DNA from: Schmidtea polychroa
Taxonomy: Eukaryota
Assembly: GCA_044892525.1 (NCBI GenBank)
Contig: CM097886.1
Coordinates: forward strand, 103,912,001-103,976,000
Length of the DNA stretch: 64,000 bases
Direction of reading: 5' to 3'
Under the pieces are notes generated by a model, which searched no databases, had not been told where the DNA came from, and worked only from the letters and a program-made list of their open reading frames with translations. Both the position numbers and the translations under genes were made by a program. Positions 51,041 to 63,602 of this stretch are shown piece by piece. Positions within the stretch are counted from its first letter, which is position 1. The number at the start of each line of letters is the position of its first letter.

Positions 51041-54000
51041 CATTAAAAAATTAACTTAAAAAATTATTTCATTAAAATTAACTTAAAAAATTTTACATTT
51101 AAAATTAACTTAAAAAAAATTTCCATTTAAATTTTCATTAAAAATTACATTTCTCAAAAAAAGTTGGTGGTTATTCAATCTTTTGATAATAAATTTAAAA
51201 ATCTTACTTTAATTTACTTATTTAGCTTTAATTTAAAATTTGAACCATTGGTTACTTAATTTTAAATTTTGAACCTTAATTTTCCTTAATTTATCGTTAA
51301 TTTACCTAATTATTCTTTATTTCTTAATTTTACACCATAATTTACTAAACAACTAATTATAACCCTTATTTTCATATTTAACTAATAATTTCATGTGGTC
51401 ATTGATTAATTGACGAAGATTTGCATCTAAAATTAACATTGGAAATCCCAGAAAATCTTCATCTTAAATTAACTTTAACTTTAATATTTTAGACCATTGA
51501 TTACTTAATTTAAAAATTAGACATTAATTTACTTATTTAACCAATAATTTCATGTGGTCATCTGGTTGTAAGTACTAGGTATCTAGTTGTTATTACTTGG
51601 TTGATGATGCTTAGTACCTGGTTGTTGACGGCTGTGAGTAGTAGGTATCTGGTAACTAGTTGTTAGTATCTAGTTGTAGGTACTTGGTAGGTTGTAGTTA
51701 GTTGTTAGCTGGTTGTTGTCGGTTGTTAGTACTTGGTACCTAGTTGGTAGCTAGTCGGTTGTTGGTACTTAGTAGTTGGTTAATAATGCTTAGTACTTGG
51801 TTGTATGTACTTGGTAGATGGTTGTAGGTACTTAGTAATTGGTAATTAATGATTAGTACCTGGTTGTTGTTGGTTGTTAGTACTTGGTATCTAGTACCTA
51901 GTTGGTTGATAGTACTTAGTAACTAGTTAATGGGTAGGTGATTGTAGGTACTTAGTAGTTGGTAATTAATGCTTAGTACCTGGTTGATGTTGGTTGTATG
52001 TACTTGGTAGGTGGTTGTTGGTACTTAGTAGCAGGTAACTGGTTGTTAGTACTTGGTATCTAGTACCTAGTTAGCTGGTTGTAACTAGTTAATGGGTAGG
52101 TGGTAGCTAGTTGGTAGGTGGTTGTAGCTAGTTAATAGGTAGGTGGTTGTAGGTACTTAGTAGTTGGTAGTTAGTTGTTGTTGGTACTTAGTAGTTGGTT
52201 AATAATGCTTAGTACCTGGTTGTTGACGTCTGTGAGTAGTTGCTATCTGGTAACTAGTTGTTAGTATGTGGTTGTAGGTACTTGGTAGGTTGTAGTTAGT
52301 TGTTAGCTGGTTGTTGTCGGTTGTTAGTACTTGGTACCTAGTTGGTTGCTTGTTTTTGGTTGTTAGTACTTGTTAGATGGTTGTAGGTACTTAGTATCAG
52401 GTAACTAGTTGTTAGTAACTAGTTGTAGGTACTTGGTATCTGGTAATTGGTTGTAAGTATCTGGTTGTTTGAGAGTTATTTAGTACGTGGTATCATGTTG
52501 AAAGTATTTGGTAGCAGGTAACTGATTGTAAGTACTTGGTAGCAGGTTGTTAGTAACTAGTTGTAGGTATCTGATTGTTAATACATGTTCATAAGTTACT
52601 GGTTGTTGGTACTAAGTTGTTGGTTTGTTGTTGAATTATTATTAAAATTTGTCTTTGAAAAATATTTCATAGAAATTTTCATTAAAAATTATCTTAAAAA
52701 TTTCCATCTAAAATTATCATTGAAAAATATTTCATAAAAATTTCCATTAAAAATTAACTTAAAAAATTATTCCATAAAAATTTCTATTAAAAATTACTTA
52801 AAAAATTATTTCATAAAAATTTTCATTAAAAAATTTCAATTCTCAAACACCTTCTATTATTTCAACTTTTTGTTAATAAATTTTAAAATCTTACTTTAAT
52901 TTACTTATTACATTACTTATTTAAAAATTATTACTTTAATTTACTTATTTAACTTTAATTTAAAATTTTTGACCATTGATTACTTAATTTTAAAATTTGG
53001 ACCTTAATTAACTTTAATTTAATTTTTTAGAACCTTAATTTAGTTATTTGAGCCCATTCATTACTTTAATTTAAAAATTTGAACCATAATTTACTTTAAT
53101 TAAAAAATTTGGACCATTATTTACTTTAATTGAAAAATTTGAACCTTAATTTACTTTAATTTAATTTTTTAGAACCATAATTAACTGTAATTGAAAAATT
53201 TGGACCATTATTTACTGTAATTTAATTTTTAAGAACCATAATTTACTGTAATTTAATTTTTTAGAACCATAATTTACTGTAATTCAATTTTTAGAACCAT
53301 TATTTACTGTAATTCAAAAATTTGGACCATTATTTACTGTAATTCAAAAATTTGGACCATAATTTACTTTAATTGAAAAATTTGAACCTTAATTTACTTT
53401 AATTTAATTTTTTAGAACCTTACTTTAGTTATTTGAGCCCATTCATTACTTTAATTTAAAAATTTGAACCATAATTTACTTTAATTCAAAAATTTGGACC
53501 ATTATTTACTGTAATTAAATTTTTAAGAACCATAATTTACTGTAATTTAAGTTTTTAGAACCTTAATTTACTTTAATTTAATTTTAGGACCATAATTTAC
53601 TTTAATTCAAAAATTTGGACCATTATTTACTTTAATTTTTTAGGACCATTATTTACTTTAATTGAAAAATTTGGACCATAATTTACTTTAATTTAAATTT
53701 TTGAGCCATTATTTACTGTAATTTAATTTTTTAGAACCATAATTTACTTTAATTTAAATTTTTTGAGCCATTATTTACTGTAATTTAATTTTTTAGAACC
53801 ATTATTTACTTTAATTTAAAAATTTGGACCATTATTTACTTTAATTGAATAATTTACCACGTTTTTTAGTGTAGACCACCTTTTTCTCAGGACCAAGGAG
53901 ACTCACCTCACTATAGTCTGAAAAATCCTTGGCTTTTTTAGTGTAGACCACCTATTTCTCAGGACCAAGGAGACTCACCTCACTATAGTGTGAAAAATCC

Positions 54001-54836
54001 TTGGCTTTTTTAGTGGTAGTCGGATTTTTGTATTGAAAAAATTTTATTTGTATTGAAAATCCCAGGACCATCGTTTTTGTATTGAAAAAATTTTATTTGT
54101 ATTGAAAATCCCAGGACCATCGAGACCCCCTCACTATAGTCTGAAAAATCCTTGGCTTTTTTAGTGTAGACCAGCTTTTTGTATTGAAAATATCCTGAGA
54201 CCTTAAATTACCATGCTTTTTTAGTGTAGACCACCTATTTCTCAGGACCAAGGAGACTCACCTCACTATAGTGTGATAAATCCTTGGCTTTTTTATTGAT
54301 AGTAGGATTTTTGTATAGAAAAAAATTTTTTGTATTGAAAATCCCAGGACCATCGAGACCCCCTCACTATAGTGTGAAAATTCCATGCTTTTTTAGTGGT
54401 AGTCGGATTTTTGTATTGAAACAATTTTATTTGTATTGAAAATCCCAGGACCATCGTTTTTGTATTGAAAAAATTTTTTTGTATTGAAAATTCCATGCTT
54501 TTTTAGTGGTAGTCGGATTTTTGTATAGAAAAAATTTTATTTGTATTGAAAATCCCAGGACCATCGTTTTTGTATAGAAAAAATTTTTTTGTATTGAAAA
54601 TTCCAGGACCATCGTTTTTGTATTGAAAAAATTTTTTTGTATTGAAAATCCCAGGACCATCGTTTTTGTATAGAAAAAATTTTTTTGTATTGAAAATCCC
54701 AGGACCATCGAGACCCCCTCACTATAGTCTGAAAAATTGCGTAATCAAAAGTTGCAGCAAAAAAATTACGGCAGCAGAACCCCCCCCCCCCCCCCCCGGG
54801 GGGGTCATTGCTGCCGTGCGCTACTATCTACCTACT
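48882..54836 (-). repeat. Right inverted arm (5,955 bp)
   Basis: Mirror of the left arm; lacks two ~101-bp subterminal units and has C18 vs G12 in the terminal homopolymer. Confidence 0.95.
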
Positions 54837-57605
54837 TGAGGGTTCTCTAATCATTCAATGAAATTTCTAATTGGAAGTTTTTACCTTGAAAATACGATGA
54901 TCTTTGCGAGAATTCAAATATCACTTATATAGATCGCTTGTCTCTTAGAACGTGAATCTATTGGAGTTTTTATGATCTATTTTATAAATCCTTCATCACA
55001 AGATGCTTCCTATCACTGTTGCTCCTCGATGACGACTCCCACTCTCTTAGAGTTAATTCATTTTCACATACCGACTCTTACGGCTTCTCCACTTACCCTG
55101 GCTCACCTGGGGACAACCGGTACTAATACCGACTATCTCCAGGCGGCCTCGATAGACGGATCAACCCAACTCAAAAAAAATGAAAACATAAATTCGAATT
55201 TTTAAATGCTCATTTAATGGATTCATCATATCATCAATAATACGAATTAAATCATATATAAAATCTACCTGGCGACCATGCCCTTTGGCTCGGAATATAA
55301 TATGCCTCTCCCTCAACTGAAAGTTCAACATCTAAACTATATTCTTCATTGAACAATTCAGCCATTCAGTATCACAAACTTTCACGCGTCTGACCTCATA
55401 TTACATCTATAATTTCCATCTGGATACTCGCACATGCTCAAAATTAGCATTCTCAATTCATTATTTTCATCATACGAGTCATGGGCTTTCATATTCAAAG
55501 TACACAAACGGCATCGTCAGCAGTCCCATAAAGAGAAAAGTCGAAATTGTCATTAATATAATATTTTGCTCTATCTAATTACGTATTACAATCATAAAAA
55601 TAAAATATTCATTATTACTTAAAATCATGTCATGAATAAAAATAGTAATTATTACTTGTTCCTTCTGATTTATGGTTCAAACTCTATTCGGTGTATTACG
55701 GTGAAGCTTTCGTAATATTTACTGAAAATTACGATTCGATGGATTCCCAAATAAATAAATTTAGAACTATATGAAATTCGTTAGTAGTCTTCAATTAATA
55801 GTCCTCAAGTAGTTCCTGTAATAGTCCTTTATGAAGTTTGGTAGAGTCTGTAAACAGTTTAGTAGAGTTTTAATCTATCTATTAAAATTAAATTTTACCC
55901 GTAAACAGTTTAGTAGAGTTGAGGGAATGACCAAGTAGTCTACCTTATATAGAATATTTTATCCAATCAGGACTTAGTTAGGTTGTATTTTTATTATTTT
56001 TATTATTTTTTTGTGTTTTAAGTGTTTTTTTTGTGTGCAGTTTGTTGTTTTAATTTTCTTTTGTTTTTATTTAATGTTTTATGCAATTACTTTATGTTTT
56101 CTTATTTAAATTTTACTCTCCTAATTCCAATTTTTATTTCGTTTAATTATTTTTTCTTTTGGTCTGTTGGTTATGGTTGGTGTTTTGTGTTTCATTTTTG
56201 TGTTTTCATTTTTGTTTCATTGTTCCTATTTCTCGTGATTTTTATTTTTTAATTGTTTCGTCCTTATTTTATTATCTGTTTTAATTTTTCTTGGTGATTC
56301 GTTCAACTCTCCTTACTGCAAGGTTTATTTTTCACTTAATTTATTTAATAATGAATTTTTGTGTTTATTAATTTTTATTTTATAGCTTCCCGTACACCTA
56401 ATCCAGCCCAACACAGCTCACAAACTTTTTTAAATGGACGGAATGCCATTCCTAGCGGCTTCAAATATTTATTGTCACTGTCTATTTTAACTATGAAGTT
56501 AGAAGGAAATTTAGCGGTACATGCATTGATTCAGTTATACAAAAAGTATAGTGGCTTCAAATATTGGTTGCCGTAGTTTATTTTTAGCTATGTAGAGGAT
56601 GTGCGGTACATGCATTGTAAGTACTATTCATGCAGTTCACTATCTGTAAATAACTAAACATTCTTTTTTTCATTCACTGTAAATGGCTAGAAGAAGCATT
56701 TGCTTTTATTGAAAATTCATGGATTAGTGAAAAGTGAAATTCTAATTCTTCAGAATTTAATTCCGATTCTTTGGTTGAAGAAATTGATGCTAGAAGTGAG
56801 AATAATTGTGAAGATGATAATAATTGGAAACCAGGTAATCACAACTTCCAGACTGATAACACTTATCAATTCAATCCAAGACGCAAACATGGATCTTGAG
56901 CTCCTGAAAAAAGTCAGTCCAAACCTAATATTAAATTCCGGAGTGAGAGTTAATCGACTAATAAAATATTTTTAGAAAGGTTTTTATGTCAATATATTTC
57001 CCATGTATTCCCCTATAAGAAAATTTTAACTATTTCACTATCAAATTAAGTCTATATTTGTTTTAATATTTAATTCTAAAATGCAATTAACTACTTTCAT
57101 TTTTAAGTAGTACGACTGCAAAATAATATTCTTAAACATTCATGCTTGTAGAATAAAAATTATCGCATTTTTTAATTATAAAAAATAAAATTTATAAAAT
57201 AAAAATTTTAATTCTGTAATCGTTTTAAAACTTTGAATAAAAATATCATTCCTAAAATTATAATTTTTTTGTGCTTTGCTAAAAAGAATTTATTTATACT
57301 AACAAAATTGTTTATATTGAAAAGGATATATTTTTGAAATTTTTAAAAACTTTTATTTTCATTTATTCTATTTAAAATTTCACATATTTTTTTATATACT
57401 TTTTACTAAAACAAATAATTATCATTTTGTCATTATAGCAGAGACTGATAATTATAACCCAATTTATTATTTATTTGTTTGTTTGGTTTCATTCAAATTC
57501 GATTTTTAAGACTTTATAAAAAATTATAAACTAGCGGAAACTATTCTAATTAAACAGTAATTTAATACAAATTAAAACCAAATCTTTTTGCATCTGTGTT
57601 TAGTT

Positions 57606-58198
57606 CCGCGGCGGATTTAAGAATGCGCCGCCCCTAGGCACTTTATAATAATTTTAGTGTAATTTGAATTTAAATAAAAAGAACATTGTATTATTTAATG
57701 ATTTAAATTTATTTATATTTTCTTTCAAATTTTTTGATTTACAAATGTATTAATTATCTCTTCAAACTCGATGTGCATAATCGAAATGTCATTTAATTTG
57801 TTTCTTTTATTTGTGAATGAAGATAGCTTATTATTCTTTTTAAACAAGAAAAGGATCTTTCAGCAGAACAATTTGTTACTGCTAGTGACAGATAAATTCT
57901 GAAGATGGTTTTGAAAAATGTTATTATATTTTTTTATAAATAAAAAATTGTACTGATTTGCAATGCTTCTTTCATATTCAGATATATCACTTTTCTGTAA
58001 AAGCTGTTTAAAATGAAGAATTGACATTATATAAACCTTTTCTATATATTCATTTTTAAAATATTCAATCCTAGAAAAACGAAAATTTTTTTTAAAAATT
58101 TGAATTTTATTTATCGGTTACATGGTAATTTTTTGCCACCTCTTAAATTTGCCGACCTAGGCATGTTCCTAGTGTGCCTATTTGTAAATCCAGGGCTG
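57606..58198. mobile_element. hAT-type MITE (593 bp)
   Basis: CCGCGGCGGATTTA..GCCCCTAGGCAC ... TAAATCCAGGGCTG; 8-bp TSD GTTTAGTT / GTTTAGTC. Confidence 0.7.
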
Positions 58199-58509
58199 GT
58201 TTAGTCACCAAGAATATAATCACTTTTATTACATGCCTCATTTCAATCCTATTTAAATACCGTCGTTGTATATCTTCACTATATTGTCATCCCATAATTC
58301 TTAGAGGACGTCAATGAATTATGTCAACAACTTTTAGGCAACCACTTCCCCCACCCTTGTCAATAATTGTCAAACTTCCAGTGACCCCCTTAATATAATT
58401 ATGTTTAACAATTTTTGTCTCTCCTCCAAAAACTAATAACATTTTTTACGGCTGTCTAGCATTTTTTAAATAGGAAATATAAAGATTATAAGGTCTACAA
58501 ATAAATTTA

Positions 58510-59960
58510 AATACATTTTACATGTTTTAAACAAGTAAATAACAGATTTAAAATATAATTTCCTGAATCAGTATTTATTACATTCCATTCTCCATCCACC
58601 GTATCTTGTTTCTGTACTTTATCTGCAATATCTTTCTTTATCGCTACAGTCATGGTATCAACTTCTTGATCCCACCCTCTGTCACTAGAGAGTCGTTTTA
58701 CAAACGAACAAGCCGGTCTCAACCAACATGCAACAGGAAAATCTCCGACCATTTGCCCAGCCATCGAAAATAATTGTCGCTTAGTGACGCTCTGTTGAAC
58801 GTCATCAATTTGATTATCACGGTTCCAGATTAATTTTTCATATTTTCTGACACATTTTAATCCAAGGACTCGAGTGCTGTTAATAAACTCTGGATCCTTT
58901 GCCTCCAATCAAAACTTTCACAGGTGTTTGACCACAGATTCTGCTGGGACCATATTCGTGTTCATAAATATATTGTCTATATATGCATCTGTTGCTTTGC
59001 TGATATCTGCATCCATTGACAGAACATCTTTCAAAACAGTAATCATGATTTTTGGAGTGACTTTGAGACCAAACTAGTGTCCTGTGAAGGCAAACGTCTT
59101 TCCCATGAAATTGACTAGTTGAAAGGTCCACAACGATTCATCAATTTATATTTGTAAATATGCTTGTAAATGGAAAGATATTCGTCTCAACCAACATGCA
59201 ACAGGAAAATCTCCGACCATTTGCCCAGCCATCGAAAATAATTGTCGCTTAGTGACGCTCTGTTGAACGTCATCAATTTGATTATCACGGTTCCAGATTA
59301 ATTTTTCATATTTTCTGACACATTTTAATCCAAGGACTCGAGTGCTGTTAATAAACTCTGGATCCTTTGCCTCCAATCAAAACTTTCACAGGTGTTTGAC
59401 CACAGATTCTGCTGGGACCATATTCGTGTTCATAAATATATTGTCTATATATGCATCTGTTGCTTTGCTGATATCTGCATCCATTGACAGAACATCTTTC
59501 AAAACAGTAATCATGATTTTTGGAGTGACTTTGAGACCAAACTAGTGTCCTGTGAAGGCAAACGTCTTTCCCATGAAATTGACTAGTTGAAAGGTCCACA
59601 ACGATTCATCAATTTATATTTGTAAATATGCTTGTAAATGGAAAGATATTCGTCAAATGTCCGATAATCCAAAGCTGGTCTCACTTTTCCTTTATTTTGT
59701 TGGATTACCGCCATCAGGGGGAGTACCAATTAGATATTTCCACTGTAAGATTGGGGCCATCCATTCATGATCAATCATTCTGCAGCCCCATTGAATTCAT
59801 CCTCAGCCTTATAGAAAACTTTATACTGATATATCGAAGCCATCACACTTGTGGAGTATTCTCGACCCAATTCTACTTTACTATCCACGCCTTGCCAGCA
59901 AACCATGCCAAGAAATTCTTGTCTTCGATGTGATTGAAGGAATTCAGGATTTTCCTTGAC
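58510..59960 (-). pseudogene. BEL/Pao-like retrotransposon RT/RNase H remnant
   Basis: TPKIM..VL..DAYIDNIF (YxDD-like), TRVLGL..W, TKRQLFS, FPVACWLRPACSFVKR..WD; stops and frameshifts. Confidence 0.65.
58716..59654. repeat. Perfect 468-bp tandem duplication
   Basis: GTCTCAACCAAC at 58716 and 59184; identical ORF pairs offset by 468 in the track; GTC microhomology at the junction. Confidence 0.95.
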
Positions 59961-60779
59961 TCCATTACTTTATGCTGATTTGTTTAAACATTGAAACCCG
60001 AACAGCAGATTTCTTGTGGCATTTGTTTATTATCCGACTCCACCCTAGTTATTCGAACTATTAAATCTTTTAAAAAGGAATATCGCATCTATCCCTAACA
60101 AACCTCACATCCCACAATGACCTTTGGCGTAACTGAAATATTTAAATTAATTTAAATTAAATTTAAATTAATATAATTTCAATCATATTTGCGAGCATCC
60201 AGTATCGAAAAGCGCTTGCATACTAATTCCATCTACTTGAATTGGTATTTATTATGGTAGTTTACTATACTAATTTAATTGTTGTTTTCTTATTAATTTA
60301 TGTTTAGAAGATGTTTAGAGCCAGACAGCGTCTCCTGTAAAAATATGTGGCGGGACAGTCGGGATGCCTGTATGTATTGTGTATTTGAGTAATAATGTTT
60401 TTAAAGATTATGATAAAAATAACAACGAAACGCAACTAACAAATAATGTTACTAAACTTTTATTAAGAAACAAAAAGAAAAACCCTTATTAATTGTCCTC
60501 GGTTAGGATTTCACTGAAAGAGTAACTTTCGTCTGTAGCTAATCTGTAATTAATAGTTCTTTGACTAGATTTAAATCTGTAAATTATTGTTCCTTGGCTG
60601 GATTTTAATCAGTAGTTAATAAGTCTGTAATTGATTTTTTTCGATTTTTTTTCGAATTTTTTTTAAACATTTCATTTCCCTAACACTACTGGAACAAAAT
60701 GATAGTAATAAAAAAACCTAATTGATGTTTTGTTTTAACTCATAAAAACAATAAAAATATAACATTCCATTACAGTATT

Positions 60780-61400
60780 ATTGGTGCGCGAAAATTCCAT
60801 TGGCCGAATCCGGTCACGCTGACTGATCGACCATACCGTTTCCCGATATTGACTTAAGAATTTTTTGCATAATGACCAGAATTACCATACTTATGGAATT
60901 TCAATTTCGTGCATCGAGAGCTTATATAGCAATCTTTCCACACTTGTAACATTTGATGCGAATTCTAGAAATGGAACAAGCATGATTCGTCATATCCAAT
61001 TCATAAGGCGTTGACAGAGACTTTGTTATTTCTTTTTATTGTAACAAGGGACTTGAAAGGGCATCAGGACTGGTACTTATTTGGACTGTTAGGTCCTTTG
61101 GTAGATTATTAACAAAAATAGTCCTAGCAAGCCATCTAATTCAGTGTTCCTAGATTTCCCAAGTGCACGTCCAGATTTTTTTCTTTAATTCAACTATACT
61201 GTAATCTAAGGTGTTTTGCAAAATGTTTTCCCCAATGTTGTGAGTACATCTTCTAACGATATCTTGTTTCTCTAATTTTCTTCTAGCATATTGAATGTTG
61301 CATATGCATTTCCAGCCAGAACCAATGGTAAAATTTCCAAAACGTCTGCTTCCCCAAACAGCTTAGCAGTTCTAAAAATAACCAAATAACAAACTTAATT
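60780..61400 (-). pseudogene. Decayed piggyBac-like transposase central region
   Basis: Minus-strand words ELDGLLGLFLL, SNVTSVERL (cf. NVTVDEQL) and P.KYG..FWSLC; heavily broken. Confidence 0.45.
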
Positions 61401-62596
61401 TAATAAATTCTTCAATTTTGAAATCTCCCATGTTTTATTCAACTGCTTATTTAAACAAAATACTTTAAACAATTACACATAGCAAAATTAGATGAGTTCA
61501 TTGGGAAAAATAATTCATCAACTTTATGTGTATTATTTAGGGTCGTGCAAATACCATTTGCGTAGAGGGTTATAAAATTATCTTATTGGGAAAATTCGGA
61601 AGTTTAGATGATATCAAAAATTACTGACAGACTTTCTTTAGAATAAGACAAAATAATTATGTTGACGTAAATTATAGAAACAATAATTTTGACTAAAGGT
61701 GGTTAATAAAAGGTTTTTTTTTAAATTTTCAAATATGTAAAAATTAGGTCGGATTACTTATGGGATAACTTGATAATATCATTACAAACAAATCTTTAAT
61801 GAAAATTAATATTAATAGAATTATAAACAAAAGCAAATTATAAAAAAATTGTAAATTTCCCTCATAAGAAGCCCGTTGTAAATATTTATTAGATAAACAA
61901 TTCAATGAGTCTTAAGTGCTCATAATAAAAGTATCTATTTTTAATTTTTTTCACTTAATGCCTGGACTGTTTATAAACCATAAAACTTAGCCATTACTAC
62001 ATACTTAATTGACGTGAACGTTTTAACAATTATTTATTATTTATTTTATTTAGCGTAAATAAATCATTTCTGAAAATTTTCATTAAAAATTTGCTATTAA
62101 CAAATAGAGGTTAATGGAGAAAATTAATCAAGTGATGAAATTTTATTCTTCCCGTAAATAGATAATATATATTATCACTTGTCAGAGGTTCAAAATATAA
62201 TTAAATCATCAAGATTTAGAAAACTTTTATAAACTGATCAACAAGTATTTTGTTCAAGTTCAGAATTAAACACGATTAAAGAACAATAAAAAGGGAAGAA
62301 ATATTCAATTACAGATGGAGAAAATCGGGTGAAGAAAAAATCTAATTTATCAATCCTTCAATTAATAAACATTGCGAAAATGGCTTACTTATTCATTTGC
62401 ATTATAAACACCACATAGTTCTATATCTAAAATGTAGGTACTTAGTAGTCCGCTGTTCCATGTCAATGTGAATCACTACACCAAACACCACTGAGATAAG
62501 TTCTCTATAGTGGTGGTTGGCGTGTAAAATCACTCACCAATTTATTTACCAATTGTAATTGGTTGTACACCCGATTCCGAAATTTAATAACCTCTA

Positions 62597-63602
62597 CACC
62601 TAACCGCGAAAGTTAACATTGTCTATAATATAAGTTGGTGTGCACACCACCTGAGGTGAGTCACCAATTATATGACAATGTTAACTTAATTTCATTTATT
62701 CAATTTTCCAAAAATCGTTTAAAGGTAAGTTTTTGCATTGAAGTAATTTTTAGGACTTGAATTTTGATTTTATATAATTATGAGATCATTATTCAAGTTC
62801 TTAAATATTACTGTTAGTCAGCATTTATAATATTGATAATATATAACATTGATAATTAAATTTCAGGTGTTTTTTAGGAATTTTATGGTATTTTATTTGG
62901 ATTTATTTGGATTTATTTAGATTTATTTGGATTTATTTGGATTTATTTCGTAAAAATGTAAGTTAGATATTTTTATAATTATAAATATGTAAAGTAATCA
63001 CTAAACATTTATTTTTTAAAGACATTTAGTAAAGAATGGATAAAATATTTTTTAAGTTTTTGTAATCTTCTTTCGAATTTTGTCTATTTCTGTAATTCTA
63101 TGAAAATATTAATTTGTTAAAATAATTTATTAAAATTTACGATTTGCGATATTTTTCCTGCAAATTCAAAGATGTCGAAGGATCTTCTTCAATATCTGTA
63201 AATCTAAAGAAATTTTATATTCTAAATTATTTTATAATTAAATCTTACGATGTATTTACTTCTTTTTCCCTAAAGCTCAACGTAGAGCAGTCGGAATCTG
63301 ATTCAAAAGTTTTTTTGTACATAATTTTTTAAATAATTTTAAAATATTGATATGTTAATTATATGTTAATCAATCTGAATTTCGCATGAAAAACACTTTA
63401 CTTAATTTTGTATGTATTTTTCATTATGTGTGCTGTGCTTGTATGCTTAATTATTTTCTCTCACTTTTTAGATTCCTATAATAAATATGTTAAATTTCGC
63501 GGCATTAAATTTCTACACACAGGTAAGTTTGTGTGTTCCTATAATATATATTTATTGATTTTTTTTTAGATTATAGATAATGTTATATTTCGCGGTTAGG
63601 TG
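62597..63602. mobile_element. Tc1/mariner-type non-autonomous element (1,006 bp)
   Basis: TA-CACCTAACCGCGAAAGTTAACATTGTCTATAAT ... ATTATAGATAATGTTATATTTCGCGGTTAGGTG-TA; ~33-bp TIR with 3 mismatches; TA TSD. Confidence 0.65.

Larger units (their letters stand above)
40335..54836. mobile_element. Giant non-autonomous Polinton/Maverick-like palindromic element (14,502 bp)
   Basis: 5'-AGTAGGTAGATAGTAGCGC ... GCGCTACTATCTACCTACT-3'; perfect 6-bp TSD TGAGGG (40329-40334 / 54837-54842); inverted arms of ~6 kb; no integrase, pPolB, ATPase, protease or capsid ORF visible. Confidence 0.8.

Noticed and set aside
53900-54730. CTCACTATAG resembling the T7/SP6 promoter (vector contamination or phage-type RNAP promoter)
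   Set aside because: The upstream TAATACGA is absent; the word is half of the native CACTATAGTG palindrome and also occurs in the diverged copy at ~23300.
40335-54836. Alternative identities: palindromic rDNA, linear mitochondrial genome or plasmid, telomere fusion
   Set aside because: No rRNA, tRNA or respiratory genes recognised, no canonical telomere tract, and the flanking 6-bp TSD indicates integrase-type insertion.
56690-56950. Acidic stretch resembling a piggyBac N-terminus
   Set aside because: Low-complexity similarity only; no catalytic motifs or TTAA-bounded ends found.
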